The translations under genes and the position numbers were made by a program. Positions 8,610 through 18,147 of a stretch of DNA of 64,000 nt are shown piece by piece; within the stretch, counting starts at the first letter, position 1; every line of letters begins with the position of its first letter. The notes below the pieces were generated by a model. That model was not told where the DNA came from. It did not search any database and worked only from the letters and a program-made list of their open reading frames with translations. The stretch lies in NCBI GenBank assembly GCA_016866775.1, contig VGLJ01000002.1, forward strand, positions 28,174 through 92,173, given 5' to 3'. This stretch comes from Candidatus Rokuibacteriota bacterium (GTDB lineage Bacteria > Methylomirabilota > Methylomirabilia > Rokubacteriales > CSP1-6).

Positions 8610-10225
8610 GCTTTCGCCTCGGCGGGCGCTTGCGGGGCGGTGCCGGCGGTCATCGCGCCCGTGTCGCCGATCGACTGGTACGTCAAGCCGGCGAACGCGG
8701 GCACGCCGGCCGCCAGCGCGCGGAACCAGTGCTCGGCGCGCGTTGCCGTCACCGGCGCGCCCGTCGCCGCGAGGATCCGGCCGACGATCTCCCAGGTCGG
8801 GATCGCCTCGCCGAGCGCTCCGAGCGCGGGGCGGAAGCGCTGCACCCGGCCTTCGAAGCTCGTGAACGTGCCGTCGCGCTCCACCCAGGCCGACGCGGGC
8901 AGCGCGAGATGCGCGCGGTCGCTCGTGCGGCTGCCGTTCGGGCCGACGAAGATCAGCGTGTCGACGGCTTCGAGCGCGCTACGGACGTCGCTCTCGCGCC
9001 ACCCCGTGTCGAAGAGATCGTGCTCGAAGACGAGGAGCGATCGCACGCGATGCGCGGTCGCCTCGTTGAGGATCTTGTCCACCTTGCCGTCGAGGCCCAT
9101 GAGCTCGGCGCCGCGGGTGTTCGGGTTCTTGTCGGCGCGGATGAGGAAGTCGTCCTCGTAGCCCGGCTCGGGCGGCGGCACGCGGAAGCCGACCTGGCGG
9201 ATCCCGCGCGCCTCGGCGAGCGTCTTGATCGCGAAGAGGTCCTCGTTCGCGAGCTTCGGCGAGGCGATGATCGCGGTCTGGTCCGCGGGCGTGCGACCAA
9301 GCGCGTCGACGACGGCCGCGATCGCGCCGCCCCAGCTCAGCTCCCGCGTCTCGCCGGCGTCGTTCCGGACCGGCAGCACGAGGCGCGTCGGCGCGTCGAC
9401 GAAGCCGTATCCGTACCGGCCCTCGTCGCACATCCACCACCTGTTCACGTCCTCGTTGAAGCGCGGCTTCACGCGCGCCACGCGCCGGCCTTCCGCGTGA
9501 TGCGGGCGGCGCCGGTTGACGTGCACGTCGATGTTGCAGCCGCGCGCGCAGCCCGGGCAGATCGACTTCGTGGTGTCGAGGTACCAGACGCGAACCTGGA
9601 AGCGGAAGTCGCGGTCGGTGAGCGCGCCGACCGGGCAGATGTCGACCACGTTGCCGGAATACTTGTTGGTGAGGTCGGCGCCGGGGAAGAGGCCGATCTC
9701 CGAGTGATCGCCGCGATTGAAGATGCCGAGCTCGCCCGTCTGGGTGACCTCGTCGCAGAAGCGCACGCAGCGCGAGCAGAGGATGCACCGCTCGGCGTCG
9801 AGCATCACGTGCGGCCCGAGCGGCACCGCCTTCGGCTTGTGGACCTTCTCGTCCTTCATCCGCGGGTCGTAGAGGCCGTGCTGCATGTAGTAGATCTGCA
9901 GCCAGCACTCGCCGGCCTGGTCGCACACGGGGCAGTCGAGCGGGTGGTTGATCAGGTGGAACTCCATGATCGACCGCCGCGTCTCCTTCACCCGATCGGT
10001 CTGCGTGTGGACGATCATCCCGTCCGTCGCCGGCGTGTTGCACGCGATCGTCGGGCGCGGCGTCTTCTCGATGTCGACCATGCACAGGCGGCACTGGCCG
10101 GCGATGGAGAGTCCCGGGTGATAGCAGTAGTGCGGGATCTCGATGCCGAGCCGGCGCGCGGCCTCGATGAGATTGGTCCCCGCGGGGACCTCGATCTCCT
10201 TGCCGTCGATCGTCAGCTTCGGCAT
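8606..10225 (-). CDS. nuoG: NADH-quinone oxidoreductase subunit G (75 kDa, short form)
   Basis: 2Fe-2S and 4Fe-4S cysteine motifs (CYHPGLSIAGQCRLC, CPVCDQAGEC, CILCSRCVRFC); start MPKLTIDGKEI. Confidence 0.9.
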   Translation of the reverse strand: MPKLTIDGKEIEVPAGTNLIEAARRLGIEIPHYCYHPGLSIAGQCRLCMVDIEKTPRPTIACNTPATDGMIVHTQTDRVKETRRSIMEFHLINHPLDCPVCDQAGECWLQIYYMQHGLYDPRMKDEKVHKPKAVPLGPHVMLDAERCILCSRCVRFCDEVTQTGELGIFNRGDHSEIGLFPGADLTNKYSGNVVDICPVGALTDRDFRFQVRVWYLDTTKSICPGCARGCNIDVHVNRRRPHHAEGRRVARVKPRFNEDVNRWWMCDEGRYGYGFVDAPTRLVLPVRNDAGETRELSWGGAIAAVVDALGRTPADQTAIIASPKLANEDLFAIKTLAEARGIRQVGFRVPPPEPGYEDDFLIRADKNPNTRGAELMGLDGKVDKILNEATAHRVRSLLVFEHDLFDTGWRESDVRSALEAVDTLIFVGPNGSRTSDRAHLALPASAWVERDGTFTSFEGRVQRFRPALGALGEAIPTWEIVGRILAATGAPVTATRAEHWFRALAAGVPAFAGLTYQSIGDTGAMTAGTAPQAPAEAKA

Positions 10226-10226
10226 G

Positions 10227-11447
10227 TCAGCGCTGGCAGAGTGCTTCGAACTCGCCACGGAACTTCTCGATGTACGAGATGTACGGACCCACGGCGCCGT
10301 CGTAAAACGCGCAGATCGTCGTGCCCGCGCCGCGCTTGGCGACGTCGAGGATCGTGTCCAGGTCGTCCTTTCGGCCTTTGCCCTCGACGATGCGGTGACA
10401 CATCTTGTAGATCCAGCCGGTGGACTCGCGACACGGCGTGCACTGGCCGCAGCTCTCGTGCGCGTAGAAGCGCGCGACGACCATCAGCGCTTCGGGAATC
10501 GAGACCGTGTCGTCGAAGACGATCACGCCCGCGGAGCCCGCCATGGTGCCGGCGTTGCGCAGGCCGTCGACGTCCATGACCACGTCGATCTCGTGGGCGG
10601 CGAGGATCGGCGCCGACGAGCCGCCGGGGACGACGGCCTTCAGCCGGCCGCTGCCGCTGACGCCGCCCGCGCGCTCGATGAGCTCGCGCAGCGTGATCGC
10701 GCACGACTCCTCGTACACGCCTGGCGTGGTCACCCGGCCCGAGACCGAGTACATCCGGGTCCCACCCTGCGTCTTCGAGCCGAGTCCCGCGAACCACGCC
10801 GCGCCGCGGTTGATGATGTGCGGCACGCAGCAGATCGTCTCGACGTTGTTGACGATCGTGGGCTGCCCGAACGCGCCCTTGATGGCCGGGAACGGCGGCT
10901 TCACCTTCGGCCAGCCCTTCTTGCCCTCGAGCGAGGAGATCAGGCCCGTCTCCTCGCCGCAGATGTAGGCGCCGGCGCCGCGATGCACGACGATGTCGAA
11001 GCCCTGGCCGAGATAGCCCGCGTCGTAGGCCTCGCGTACGGCCGCGGTGAAGCGGCGCCACGGCTCCACGTACTCGCCGCGGATGTAGACGAACCCGAGC
11101 GCGGACTTGATCGCGCGCGCGGCGATGATCATGCCCTCGATGAGCGCGTGCGGGTCCCGCTCGAGGAGGTAGCGGTCCTTGAACGTGCCCGGCTCGCCCT
11201 CGTCCGCGTTGATGACGAGATACACGGGGCCGGAGTGGTTCTTCGGGATGAACGACCACTTCATGCCGGTCGGGAAGCCCGCGCCGCCGAGGCCGCGCAA
11301 GTTCGACTTCTTCACCTCGTCGAGGATCGCCGCGGGCTCTCTGCCGAGCGCTTGCGCGAGCGCCGTGTAGCCGCCGGTCTCGCGATAGACCTTGAGGGTG
11401 TGCGAGTCCTTCACCCCGAAGTTGCGCGAGAGGATCTTCTCGCTCAT
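10227..11447 (-). CDS. nuoF: NADH-quinone oxidoreductase subunit F (NADH/FMN-binding, 51 kDa)
   Basis: GLGGAGFPTGMKW, GAGAYICGEETGLISSLEGK and ESCGQCTPCR motifs. Confidence 0.95.
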   Translation of the reverse strand: MSEKILSRNFGVKDSHTLKVYRETGGYTALAQALGREPAAILDEVKKSNLRGLGGAGFPTGMKWSFIPKNHSGPVYLVINADEGEPGTFKDRYLLERDPHALIEGMIIAARAIKSALGFVYIRGEYVEPWRRFTAAVREAYDAGYLGQGFDIVVHRGAGAYICGEETGLISSLEGKKGWPKVKPPFPAIKGAFGQPTIVNNVETICCVPHIINRGAAWFAGLGSKTQGGTRMYSVSGRVTTPGVYEESCAITLRELIERAGGVSGSGRLKAVVPGGSSAPILAAHEIDVVMDVDGLRNAGTMAGSAGVIVFDDTVSIPEALMVVARFYAHESCGQCTPCRESTGWIYKMCHRIVEGKGRKDDLDTILDVAKRGAGTTICAFYDGAVGPYISYIEKFRGEFEALCQR

Positions 11448-11926
11448 CGGAGCGCCTCGACGATGCGGTCGACTTTGTCGGGCGTGAGGTTCATCTCGTA
11501 GCGGTCGTCCACCTGCATCATCGGCGCGGCCTCGCACGCGCAGAGACATTCCACGGCCTGCAGCGTGATGCGGCCGTCGTCCGTCGTCTCGCCCACGTCG
11601 ATGCCCAGGCGCTCCTTGAGGTGCGCGAGGATCAGCGGCGCGCCCGCGAGGTGGCAGGAGAGGTTGTGGCAGACGGCCACGACGTGGCGGCCCCTGGGCT
11701 GCCGGAAGTAGAGGGTGTAGAACGTCACCACTTCGTGCACGTGCGCGGGGCTCAGCCCGAAGAGCGACGCGACGTACTCCTCCACCTCGAGCGAGACGTA
11801 GCCGAACGTGTCCTGCGCCATGTGAAGCACCGGCAGCAGGGCGCCGCGCTTGTCGGGGTAGAGCCCCTGCAGCCGGCGGACTTCGGCAAGCTGCCCGGTG
11901 GAGAACGCGATCGACTGCACGCTCAC
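11444..11926 (-). CDS. nuoE: NADH-quinone oxidoreductase subunit E (24 kDa, 2Fe-2S), GTG start
   Basis: CHNLSCHLAG...ECLCACEAAP thioredoxin-like ferredoxin motifs. Confidence 0.9.
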   Translation of the reverse strand: MSVQSIAFSTGQLAEVRRLQGLYPDKRGALLPVLHMAQDTFGYVSLEVEEYVASLFGLSPAHVHEVVTFYTLYFRQPRGRHVVAVCHNLSCHLAGAPLILAHLKERLGIDVGETTDDGRITLQAVECLCACEAAPMMQVDDRYEMNLTPDKVDRIVEALR

Positions 11927-13311
11927 CGGTCGAGCTCCCCGCCGATCATGTTCACCGAGCCGAACGTCGGGATGAGATCGGCGATCATCTCGCCCTCGAT
12001 CATGCGATGGAGCGCCGCGAGCGGCGGCAGGCACGGCGGCCGGCAGCGCACGCGGTAGGGACGATCGCTCCCGTCCGAGACGACGTAGAACCCGAGCTCG
12101 CCGTTCGCGCCTTCGGTGGCGAAGTACGCCTCGCCCTGCGGCGGCCGGATCCCGTAGCCTTCCATGATCAGCATGAAGTGGTTCATGAGACCTTCGATGG
12201 AGCCGTACGCGTTCTCCTTCGGCGGCAGGACCACGCGCTTGTCGTGGACGTTCACGCGCCGCTGCGCGGCGCGCCCCTGGCCCTCGAGATTCGGCGAGAG
12301 CGTGATCGGCACGAGCAGCAGGCCTTCGGTCTTCCCCTGCTTGCCCTGGTCGACGTACATCGCCGGATCGATCGGGCGGCCTTCGTGGTCGACGTTCACG
12401 GGGCCCGCGGGGATCGCGTCGAGCGCCTGCTCGGCGATCCGCATCGACTGCTCCATCTCGGCCATGCGCACGAGATACCGCGCGTAGTTGTCGCCGTCCT
12501 TCTGCGTCGGGACTTCCCACTCCACGCGGTCGTACGCCCAGTGCGGCTGCGCCCGGCGCACGTCGTAGCCGACGCCGGCGGCGCGCAGCAGCGGCCCGGT
12601 GATCGCGTAGGCGATCGTCTCCTCGCGCGAGAGGCGGCCGACCCCGACCATGCGGTCCATGAAGATCCGGTTGCCGGTGAGCAGCCGGTGGACCTCGGCG
12701 AGCACCAGGCGCGTCTCGGCGAACGCCTTCTTCGCCTGCGCGGCGAAGCCGTCGGGCAGGTCGGCCTTCACGCCGCCGACGCGGCCGTAGGAGATCGTCA
12801 GCCGGGCGCCGGTCACCGCCTCGACGAGCTCCCAGAGGAACTCGCGCGCCTTGATCATGTAGAGGAACACGGTGAACGCGCCGAGCTCCATCGCCGACGC
12901 GCCGACGCACGTGAGGTGATCGCACACGCGCGAGATCTCGGACATGATCGTCCGGATGTACGTGCAGCGCTCGGTCACCTCGATGCCGAGGAGCTTCTCG
13001 ACCGCGTTGGCGTAGCCGAAGTTGTTGATGAGCGGGGAGACGTAGTTCAGGCGGTCCGTGTACGGGATCGCGTTGTTCCACCCGCCGACTTCACAATCCT
13101 TCTCGAACGCGCGGTGGAGATAGCCGATCTCGACGTCGGACTTCGTGATCATCTCGCCGTCGAGCTCCGTCGTGATCCGGATGATCCCGTGCATCGCGGG
13201 GTGCTGCGGCCCGACGCCGAGGTGCATGGGCTGGCTGCCGCCGCCGGTGCCGCCGCCTTCGCCGAGCATGAACTCGCGCGTGGTCGTGGGCCGAGGCTCT
13301 GTCGTGGCCAT
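11923..13311 (-). CDS. nuoD: NADH-quinone oxidoreductase subunit D (49 kDa)
   Basis: MHLGVGPQHPAMHGIIRI...C-terminal GSVNMIGGELDR. Confidence 0.95.
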   Translation of the reverse strand: MATTEPRPTTTREFMLGEGGGTGGGSQPMHLGVGPQHPAMHGIIRITTELDGEMITKSDVEIGYLHRAFEKDCEVGGWNNAIPYTDRLNYVSPLINNFGYANAVEKLLGIEVTERCTYIRTIMSEISRVCDHLTCVGASAMELGAFTVFLYMIKAREFLWELVEAVTGARLTISYGRVGGVKADLPDGFAAQAKKAFAETRLVLAEVHRLLTGNRIFMDRMVGVGRLSREETIAYAITGPLLRAAGVGYDVRRAQPHWAYDRVEWEVPTQKDGDNYARYLVRMAEMEQSMRIAEQALDAIPAGPVNVDHEGRPIDPAMYVDQGKQGKTEGLLLVPITLSPNLEGQGRAAQRRVNVHDKRVVLPPKENAYGSIEGLMNHFMLIMEGYGIRPPQGEAYFATEGANGELGFYVVSDGSDRPYRVRCRPPCLPPLAALHRMIEGEMIADLIPTFGSVNMIGGELDR

Positions 13312-13809
13312 CTAGTGCGCGGGGCCGATGAGCGGCTGGCGTCGTGTGATCGGATAGTCCTTCCGCAGCGGGTGGCCGACGAACTCCTCGTACATGAGCA
13401 GCCGGCGCAGGTCCGGATGCCCGTCGAAGCGGATGCCGAACATGTCCCACACCTCGCGCTCGAACCAGTTCGCGATCGGCCACAGCGAGTTGGCGGTTGG
13501 CACGAGGGCGTCGTCCTCGTCCACGCGCACCTTCACGCGCACGCGGTGGTTGTGCGCGATCGAGTACAGATGGTAAACGACCTCGAAGCGCGGCCCGTCC
13601 TCGCGGCCGGGGAACTTCGAGTAGTCGACCGCGGTGAGATCCATCAGCACGTCGAACGCGAGCGCACCGCTGTCCCGGCAGAACGTCAGCACGTCGCGCA
13701 GCGCGCGCCGCCCCACCACGGCCGTGTGATCGCCACGATGATCGTGGGTCTCGAGGACGGCGCTGCCGAAGCGCGCGCGGAGCTCGTCGAGGATCGCGGC
13801 CCCGTCCAC
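13312..13809 (-). CDS. nuoC: NADH-quinone oxidoreductase subunit C (30 kDa), GTG start
   Basis: [24 protein letters not shown] signature. Confidence 0.9.
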   Translation of the reverse strand: MDGAAILDELRARFGSAVLETHDHRGDHTAVVGRRALRDVLTFCRDSGALAFDVLMDLTAVDYSKFPGREDGPRFEVVYHLYSIAHNHRVRVKVRVDEDDALVPTANSLWPIANWFEREVWDMFGIRFDGHPDLRRLLMYEEFVGHPLRKDYPITRRQPLIGPAH

Positions 13810-14267
13810 TAGTACCTCTGGACCTGGGTCGCGATCTTGTCCTGCAGCTTCATCAGGCCGTCCAGCACCGATTCGGGGCGCGGCGGGCAGCCCGGGATGT
13901 AGACGTCCACCGGAATGATGGTGTCGATGCCCTGCACCGTGGCATAGTTGTCGTAGAAGCCGCCCGTGCACGTGCACACGCCGAACGCAACCACCCACTT
14001 CGGCTCCGTCATCTGGTCGTAGATGCGCTTCAAGACAGGAGCCATCTTGTGCGAGATGGTCCCCACCACGAACAGGACATCCGCCTGGCGAGGAGAAAAG
14101 CGAGGCAGCCCGGCGCCGAACCGGTCCACATCGTAATGCGAGCACGCGGTCGCCATGTACTCCATGCCGCAGCACGCGGTCACAAACGGGTACTGGAAGA
14201 TCGAGTACTTCCGCGCCCAGCCGATGGCTTCGTCGAGCTTCGACGTGAAGAAGCTGCCTACTCCCAT
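13809..14267 (-). CDS. nuoB: NADH-quinone oxidoreductase subunit B (20 kDa, N2 cluster)
   Basis: FVTACCGMEYMA...GVCTCTGGF...IPGCPPRPE motifs; start MGVGSFFTSKLDE. Confidence 0.9.
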   Translation of the reverse strand: MGVGSFFTSKLDEAIGWARKYSIFQYPFVTACCGMEYMATACSHYDVDRFGAGLPRFSPRQADVLFVVGTISHKMAPVLKRIYDQMTEPKWVVAFGVCTCTGGFYDNYATVQGIDTIIPVDVYIPGCPPRPESVLDGLMKLQDKIATQVQRY

Positions 14268-14596
14268 TCGAGCCCCCCCTTGCGCCAGATATAGAGGAAG
14301 CCGAACATCAGGATCCCCAGGAACACGAGCATCTCGGCGAAGCCGAACCAGCCGAGCCGGCGATAGAGCACCGCCCACGGCCAGATGAAGATCAGCTCGA
14401 TGTCGATCAGGATGAAGAAGATCGCGATCGTCGAGAACTTGATCGCGAAGCGTCCCTCCGCGACTTCGATCGGATCCTTGCCGCACTCGAACGGCTGCGC
14501 CTTCACCGCGGTGAGCCGGCGGGGCGCGATGAGGTGCGGGATCCAGATCAGCGCCCCCGCCACGGCCGCGGCGAAGGCGAACACCATGACGACCGG
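14258..14596 (-). CDS. nuoA: NADH-quinone oxidoreductase subunit A (start ambiguous: GTG ~14596 or ATG ~14587)
   Basis: PFECGKDPIE...ILIDIELIFIWPWA NuoA signature. Confidence 0.85.
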   Translation of the reverse strand, partial: PVVMVFAFAAAVAGALIWIPHLIAPRRLTAVKAQPFECGKDPIEVAEGRFAIKFSTIAIFFILIDIELIFIWPWAVLYRRLGWFGFAEMLVFLGILMFGFLYIWRKGGLEWE

Positions 14597-14604
14597 CACG
14601 TATT

Positions 14605-15594
14605 CTATGACCGCACATGGGGGGCCGCTTCCAGCGTCCCCCCAAGCCCCCCAGCGCTGCGGGCGCGGAGTGAATCCGCGCCCTTCGTGAGCGCCCTCTT
14701 CGCTGCCACTTCGGCCTGGTTCTTCGCGTGGTACGAGCTGCGCACGAGCGGGCCGGCCTCGACGTGCGCGAACCCCATCGACCGCCCCGCCTCCGCGAGC
14801 GCGGCGAACTCGTCGGGGTGGTAGTAGCGCGCGACCGGCAGGTGCGCGGGCGACGGCCGGAGGTACTGGCCGAGCGTGAGGATCGAGACGCCCGTCTCCC
14901 GGACGTCGCGCATCGTGTCGCGCAGCTCCCCGGGCGTCTCGCCGAGCCCGACGATGATCCCGGACTTCGTCACGAGATCCGGCGCACGGTGCCTCACGTG
15001 GCGGAAGACGTCGAGCGTGCGGTCGTAGCGGCCGCCGTGGCGCGCGAGCTTGTAGAGGCGCGGCACGGTCTCGGTGTTGTGATTGAAGACGTCGGGCGCC
15101 GCGTCGAGCACGGCGTCGATCGCCGAGGCGAGCCCCTGGAAGTCGGGGACGAGCACTTCCACGCGGCACCCCGGCGCGTGGCGTCGCACCGCGCGGATCG
15201 TCGCCGCCCAGTGCGTGGCGCCGCCGTCGGCGAGGTCGTCACGATTCACCGACGTGATCACGACGTGGTCGAGGCCCATCAGCGCCGTCGCGCGTCCGAT
15301 GCGCTCGGGCTCCTCACGATCTTCCCATTGCGGCTTGCCGTGCGCGACGGCGCAGTAGCCACAGTTCCGCGTGCACACGTCGCCGAGGATCATGAACGTC
15401 GCGGTCGCATCTTCCCAGCACTCGCCGATGTTCGGGCAGTGCGCTTCCTCGCATACCGTGTGGAGGTTCGCGGCGCGGAGCAGTCGCTTCAGGCGCATGT
15501 AGCTCGGCCCGCCGGGCGCACGGACCTTGAGCCACGCGGGCTTGCGCCCCGAGGCGCCGTCGTGGGGCTGGATGACCGGTAGCGAGTGCGTCAT
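14605..15594 (-). CDS. lipA: lipoyl synthase (radical SAM); C-terminal ~40 aa tail unusually long and overlaps the hairpins
   Basis: CEEAHCPNIGEC and CTRNCGYC motifs; start MTHSLPVIQPH preceded by TATAAT (15626..15631). Confidence 0.9.
   Translation of the reverse strand: MTHSLPVIQPHDGASGRKPAWLKVRAPGGPSYMRLKRLLRAANLHTVCEEAHCPNIGECWEDATATFMILGDVCTRNCGYCAVAHGKPQWEDREEPERIGRATALMGLDHVVITSVNRDDLADGGATHWAATIRAVRRHAPGCRVEVLVPDFQGLASAIDAVLDAAPDVFNHNTETVPRLYKLARHGGRYDRTLDVFRHVRHRAPDLVTKSGIIVGLGETPGELRDTMRDVRETGVSILTLGQYLRPSPAHLPVARYYHPDEFAALAEAGRSMGFAHVEAGPLVRSSYHAKNQAEVAAKRALTKGADSLRARSAGGLGGTLEAAPHVRS
14618..14683 (-). terminator. two GC-rich hairpins between lipA and nuoA (GGGGGG-N13-CCCCCC; GGGCGCGGA-gtgaa-TCCGCGCCC), terminator/attenuator-like
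   Basis: Perfect 9-bp stem with 5-nt loop at 14661..14683 plus a G6/C6 stem at 14619..14643; they lie inside the annotated 3' tail of the lipA ORF. Confidence 0.4.
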
Positions 15595-15625
15595 AACCGT
15601 GCGTCCGTCTTGATCAAACCACGTC

Positions 15626-15631
15626 ATTATA
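15626..15631 (-). promoter_or_regulatory. -10 box TATAAT upstream of lipA (overlaps the stop of the small membrane gene)
   Basis: Perfect TATAAT ~30 nt upstream of the lipA ATG; no good -35 seen. Confidence 0.3.
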
Positions 15632-15917
15632 CCGCGCGGCGCCGGAGCCGCCGGTTGATGGCCGCGAGGAGCCGGCGCTGATCGAGCAAGATCAGCAGCA
15701 GCTGACCGAAGACGATGAAGGGCGCGCCCGCGAGAATGCCGGACAGCACGAGGAACACCGCGACGACCACGCGCTCGAGGAACACCTGCCCGGTGACGCT
15801 CGCCCACGGCGTTTCGATGATGAGCGCGACGACGGCGAGCCCGGCACCGACGATGACGATGACGAGCCCGATGACGACGAGCAGCCGCGCCCAAAACCGG
15901 GTAACCCGCTCACTCAT
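15627..15917 (-). CDS. small hypothetical membrane protein (96 aa, 3 predicted TM helices)
   Basis: ATG at 15915-15917; [34 protein letters not shown]...; sits between the REP copy and lipA. Confidence 0.5.
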   Translation of the reverse strand: MSERVTRFWARLLVVIGLVIVIVGAGLAVVALIIETPWASVTGQVFLERVVVAVFLVLSGILAGAPFIVFGQLLLILLDQRRLLAAINRRLRRRAV

Positions 15918-15920
15918 GGA

Positions 15921-15966
15921 ACTCGGAAGGGGGGGCTGCGCCCCCCTTCCGACGGTCGTCGCGCAC
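15921..15966. repeat. REP-like palindromic element, copy B (inverted orientation relative to copies A and C; perfect 10-bp stem GGAAGGGGGG/CCCCCCTTCC)
   Basis: actcGGAAGGGGGGgctgcgCCCCCCTTCCgacggtcgtcgcgcac; between tRNA-Leu(GAG) and the small membrane gene. Confidence 0.65.
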
Positions 15967-16155
15967 TGGCGCGCGCTCCTCCCTGCCGCCCCCCAGAAGC
16001 AGGATTGCGCGGGCAAAGCCCGCGCTCGAACCCCGTCGATTGCGCGTCTTGAAAGCGCCCCGCGTCCATTCGGCACTCGCGGAGCGCGCCGATTCATTCG
16101 GCGTGCGGAGCGTTGGGGAGTTTGGGGGGGCGCCTCGCATCCCCCCATGGTGATC

Positions 16156-16240
<85 letters not shown>

Positions 16241-16261
16241 AAGGGCTGGCGTGCGCCGGAG

Positions 16262-16290
16262 AGTATATCGCTAGCCTTTGCGCGTCGCAA
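16262..16290 (-). promoter_or_regulatory. sigma70-like promoter TTGCGA-N17-TATACT upstream of tRNA-Leu(GAG)
   Basis: -10 TATACT lies ~21 nt upstream of the tRNA 5' end; overlaps the 3' end of the upstream permease gene. Confidence 0.45.
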
Positions 16291-17131
16291 CGCGACCGGC
16301 CGCTTGTCGCAGGCGTGGATCGAGCGCGTCGCGAATGCCTTCGCCGAGCAGGTTGTACGAGAGCACGGTGACGAGGATCGCGACGCCGGGATAGAAGGAG
16401 AGCCACCAGCCGATCTCGATCGTGTCCTTCCCCTCGTTGAGGATGTTCCCCCACGTCGCGTACGGCGGCTGCACGCCGAGGCCGAGGAACGAGAGGCCGG
16501 ACTCCGTGAGGATCGCCGCGGGAATGCCGAGCGTCATCGCGACGAGCACGGGGGCCATCGCGTTCGGCAGGATGTGCCGCCACACCACCCGGTAGCCGCT
16601 CGCGCCGATCGCCTGCGACCACACGACGAACTCGCGCTCCTTGAGCGCGAGGAATTCCGCGCGCACGAGCCGCGTCACGCCCATCCAGCCCGTGAGGCCG
16701 ATGACGGCCATGATCGTCCAGATCGACGGACGGAGGAACGCGAGCACGGCGAGGAGCAGGAAGAAGCGCGGGAAGACGAGCATCAGGTCCACGAGCCGCA
16801 TGATGAACGCGTCGAAGCTGCCGCCGTTGTAGCCGGCGAGCGCGCCGAGGACGATGCCGATCGCCGTCGCGATGCCGACGGAGACGAAGCCGACCGCGAG
16901 CGAGACCCGCGCGCCGAAGAGCATGCGCGAGAGCACGTCGCGCCCGAGCTGGTCGGTGCCGAGCGGATGGCTGCGCGTCGGGTCGGCGAGGATCTTCTTC
17001 ACGTCCGGACGATTCGGATCCCAGGGCGAGAACAGCGGCGCGAACGCCGCCAGGACGACGAGGACGATGACGACGACGCCGCCGACGACGGCGAGCCGGT
17101 TGCGCCGGAACGCGCGCCAGAAGTCCTTCAC
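16271..17131 (-). CDS. ABC transporter permease (DppC/OppC type)
   Basis: Binding-protein-dependent transport system inner-membrane component signature (EAA-like region ...[11 protein letters not shown]...). Confidence 0.9.
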   Translation of the reverse strand: MKDFWRAFRRNRLAVVGGVVVIVLVVLAAFAPLFSPWDPNRPDVKKILADPTRSHPLGTDQLGRDVLSRMLFGARVSLAVGFVSVGIATAIGIVLGALAGYNGGSFDAFIMRLVDLMLVFPRFFLLLAVLAFLRPSIWTIMAVIGLTGWMGVTRLVRAEFLALKEREFVVWSQAIGASGYRVVWRHILPNAMAPVLVAMTLGIPAAILTESGLSFLGLGVQPPYATWGNILNEGKDTIEIGWWLSFYPGVAILVTVLSYNLLGEGIRDALDPRLRQAAGRVATRKG

Positions 17132-17144
17132 GGCTCGCCGCCGT

Positions 17145-18131
17145 TCACCGCCGCCGCCCCACGCGGATGCGCGGGTCGACGAGGCCGTACGCCAGGTCGG
17201 CGATGAGGTTCGCGACCAGCGTCAGCACGGCGACGATCACGAGGTTGCCCATGATCACCGGGTAGTCGCGCTCGAAGACGGCCTGGACCATCAGCTGGCC
17301 CATGCCCGGGATCGCGAAGATCGACTCCACGATCACGCTGCCGCCGATGAGCCCCGGCAGCGACAGCCCGAGAATCGTGACGATCGGCAGCATCGCGTTG
17401 CGGAGCGCGTGCTTGCCGATGACCACGCGCTCCGCGAGCCCCTTCGCCCGCGCCGACTGGATGTACTCCTGCCGCACGACCTCGAGCATCGACTGGCGCA
17501 TGTAGCGCGAGAAGCCCGCGAGCCCGCCGAACGTCGCGACGACGATCGGCAGAACGAGGTGGGCGACGAAGTCGCTCTGCTGGTGCCAGAACGAGAGGTA
17601 CTCCCAGTTCATCGAGCGCAGCCCCGAGATGGGCAGCCATCCGAGCTGGACGCCGAAGAGGATCATGAGCAGCAGCGCGAGCCAGAAGTCCGGCGTCGCG
17701 AACCCGATGAAGACGAACACCGTGGTGACCTTGTCGAAGAGCGAGTACTGCCGCGTGGCGGAGAGCACGCCGATCGGCACCGCGAGCGCGATGATGATCA
17801 GGAGCTCGACGATGTTCAGGAGGAGGGTGACGGGCAGCCGCTCGGCGATCTTCACCAGTACGGGCCGGCCGTCGGGTGAGAACGAGCGGCCGAAATCGAG
17901 CCGCACGAGCCGCGTGAGCCAGCTCCAGTACTGCACGTGAATGGGCTTGTCGAGCCCGTACATCTCGCGGAGGAGCTGGCGCGCCTGCGCGCTCGCTTCC
18001 AGCCGCGGATCCCCCGCCATGAGGTCGGTCGGCTCCCCCGGGGCGAGATGGATGATCGCGAAGGAGAGGAACGTGATCCCCAGGAGGAGCGGAATCGCGA
18101 AGAGGATGCGGCGGAGCGCGTAGGTCAGCAC
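17145..18131 (-). CDS. ABC transporter permease (DppB/OppB type)
   Basis: Typical DppB N-terminus MLTYALRRILFAIPLLLGITFLSF and EAA region. Confidence 0.9.
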   Translation of the reverse strand: MLTYALRRILFAIPLLLGITFLSFAIIHLAPGEPTDLMAGDPRLEASAQARQLLREMYGLDKPIHVQYWSWLTRLVRLDFGRSFSPDGRPVLVKIAERLPVTLLLNIVELLIIIALAVPIGVLSATRQYSLFDKVTTVFVFIGFATPDFWLALLLMILFGVQLGWLPISGLRSMNWEYLSFWHQQSDFVAHLVLPIVVATFGGLAGFSRYMRQSMLEVVRQEYIQSARAKGLAERVVIGKHALRNAMLPIVTILGLSLPGLIGGSVIVESIFAIPGMGQLMVQAVFERDYPVIMGNLVIVAVLTLVANLIADLAYGLVDPRIRVGRRR

Positions 18132-18147
18132 GGCCGCGGCGCCGCGC

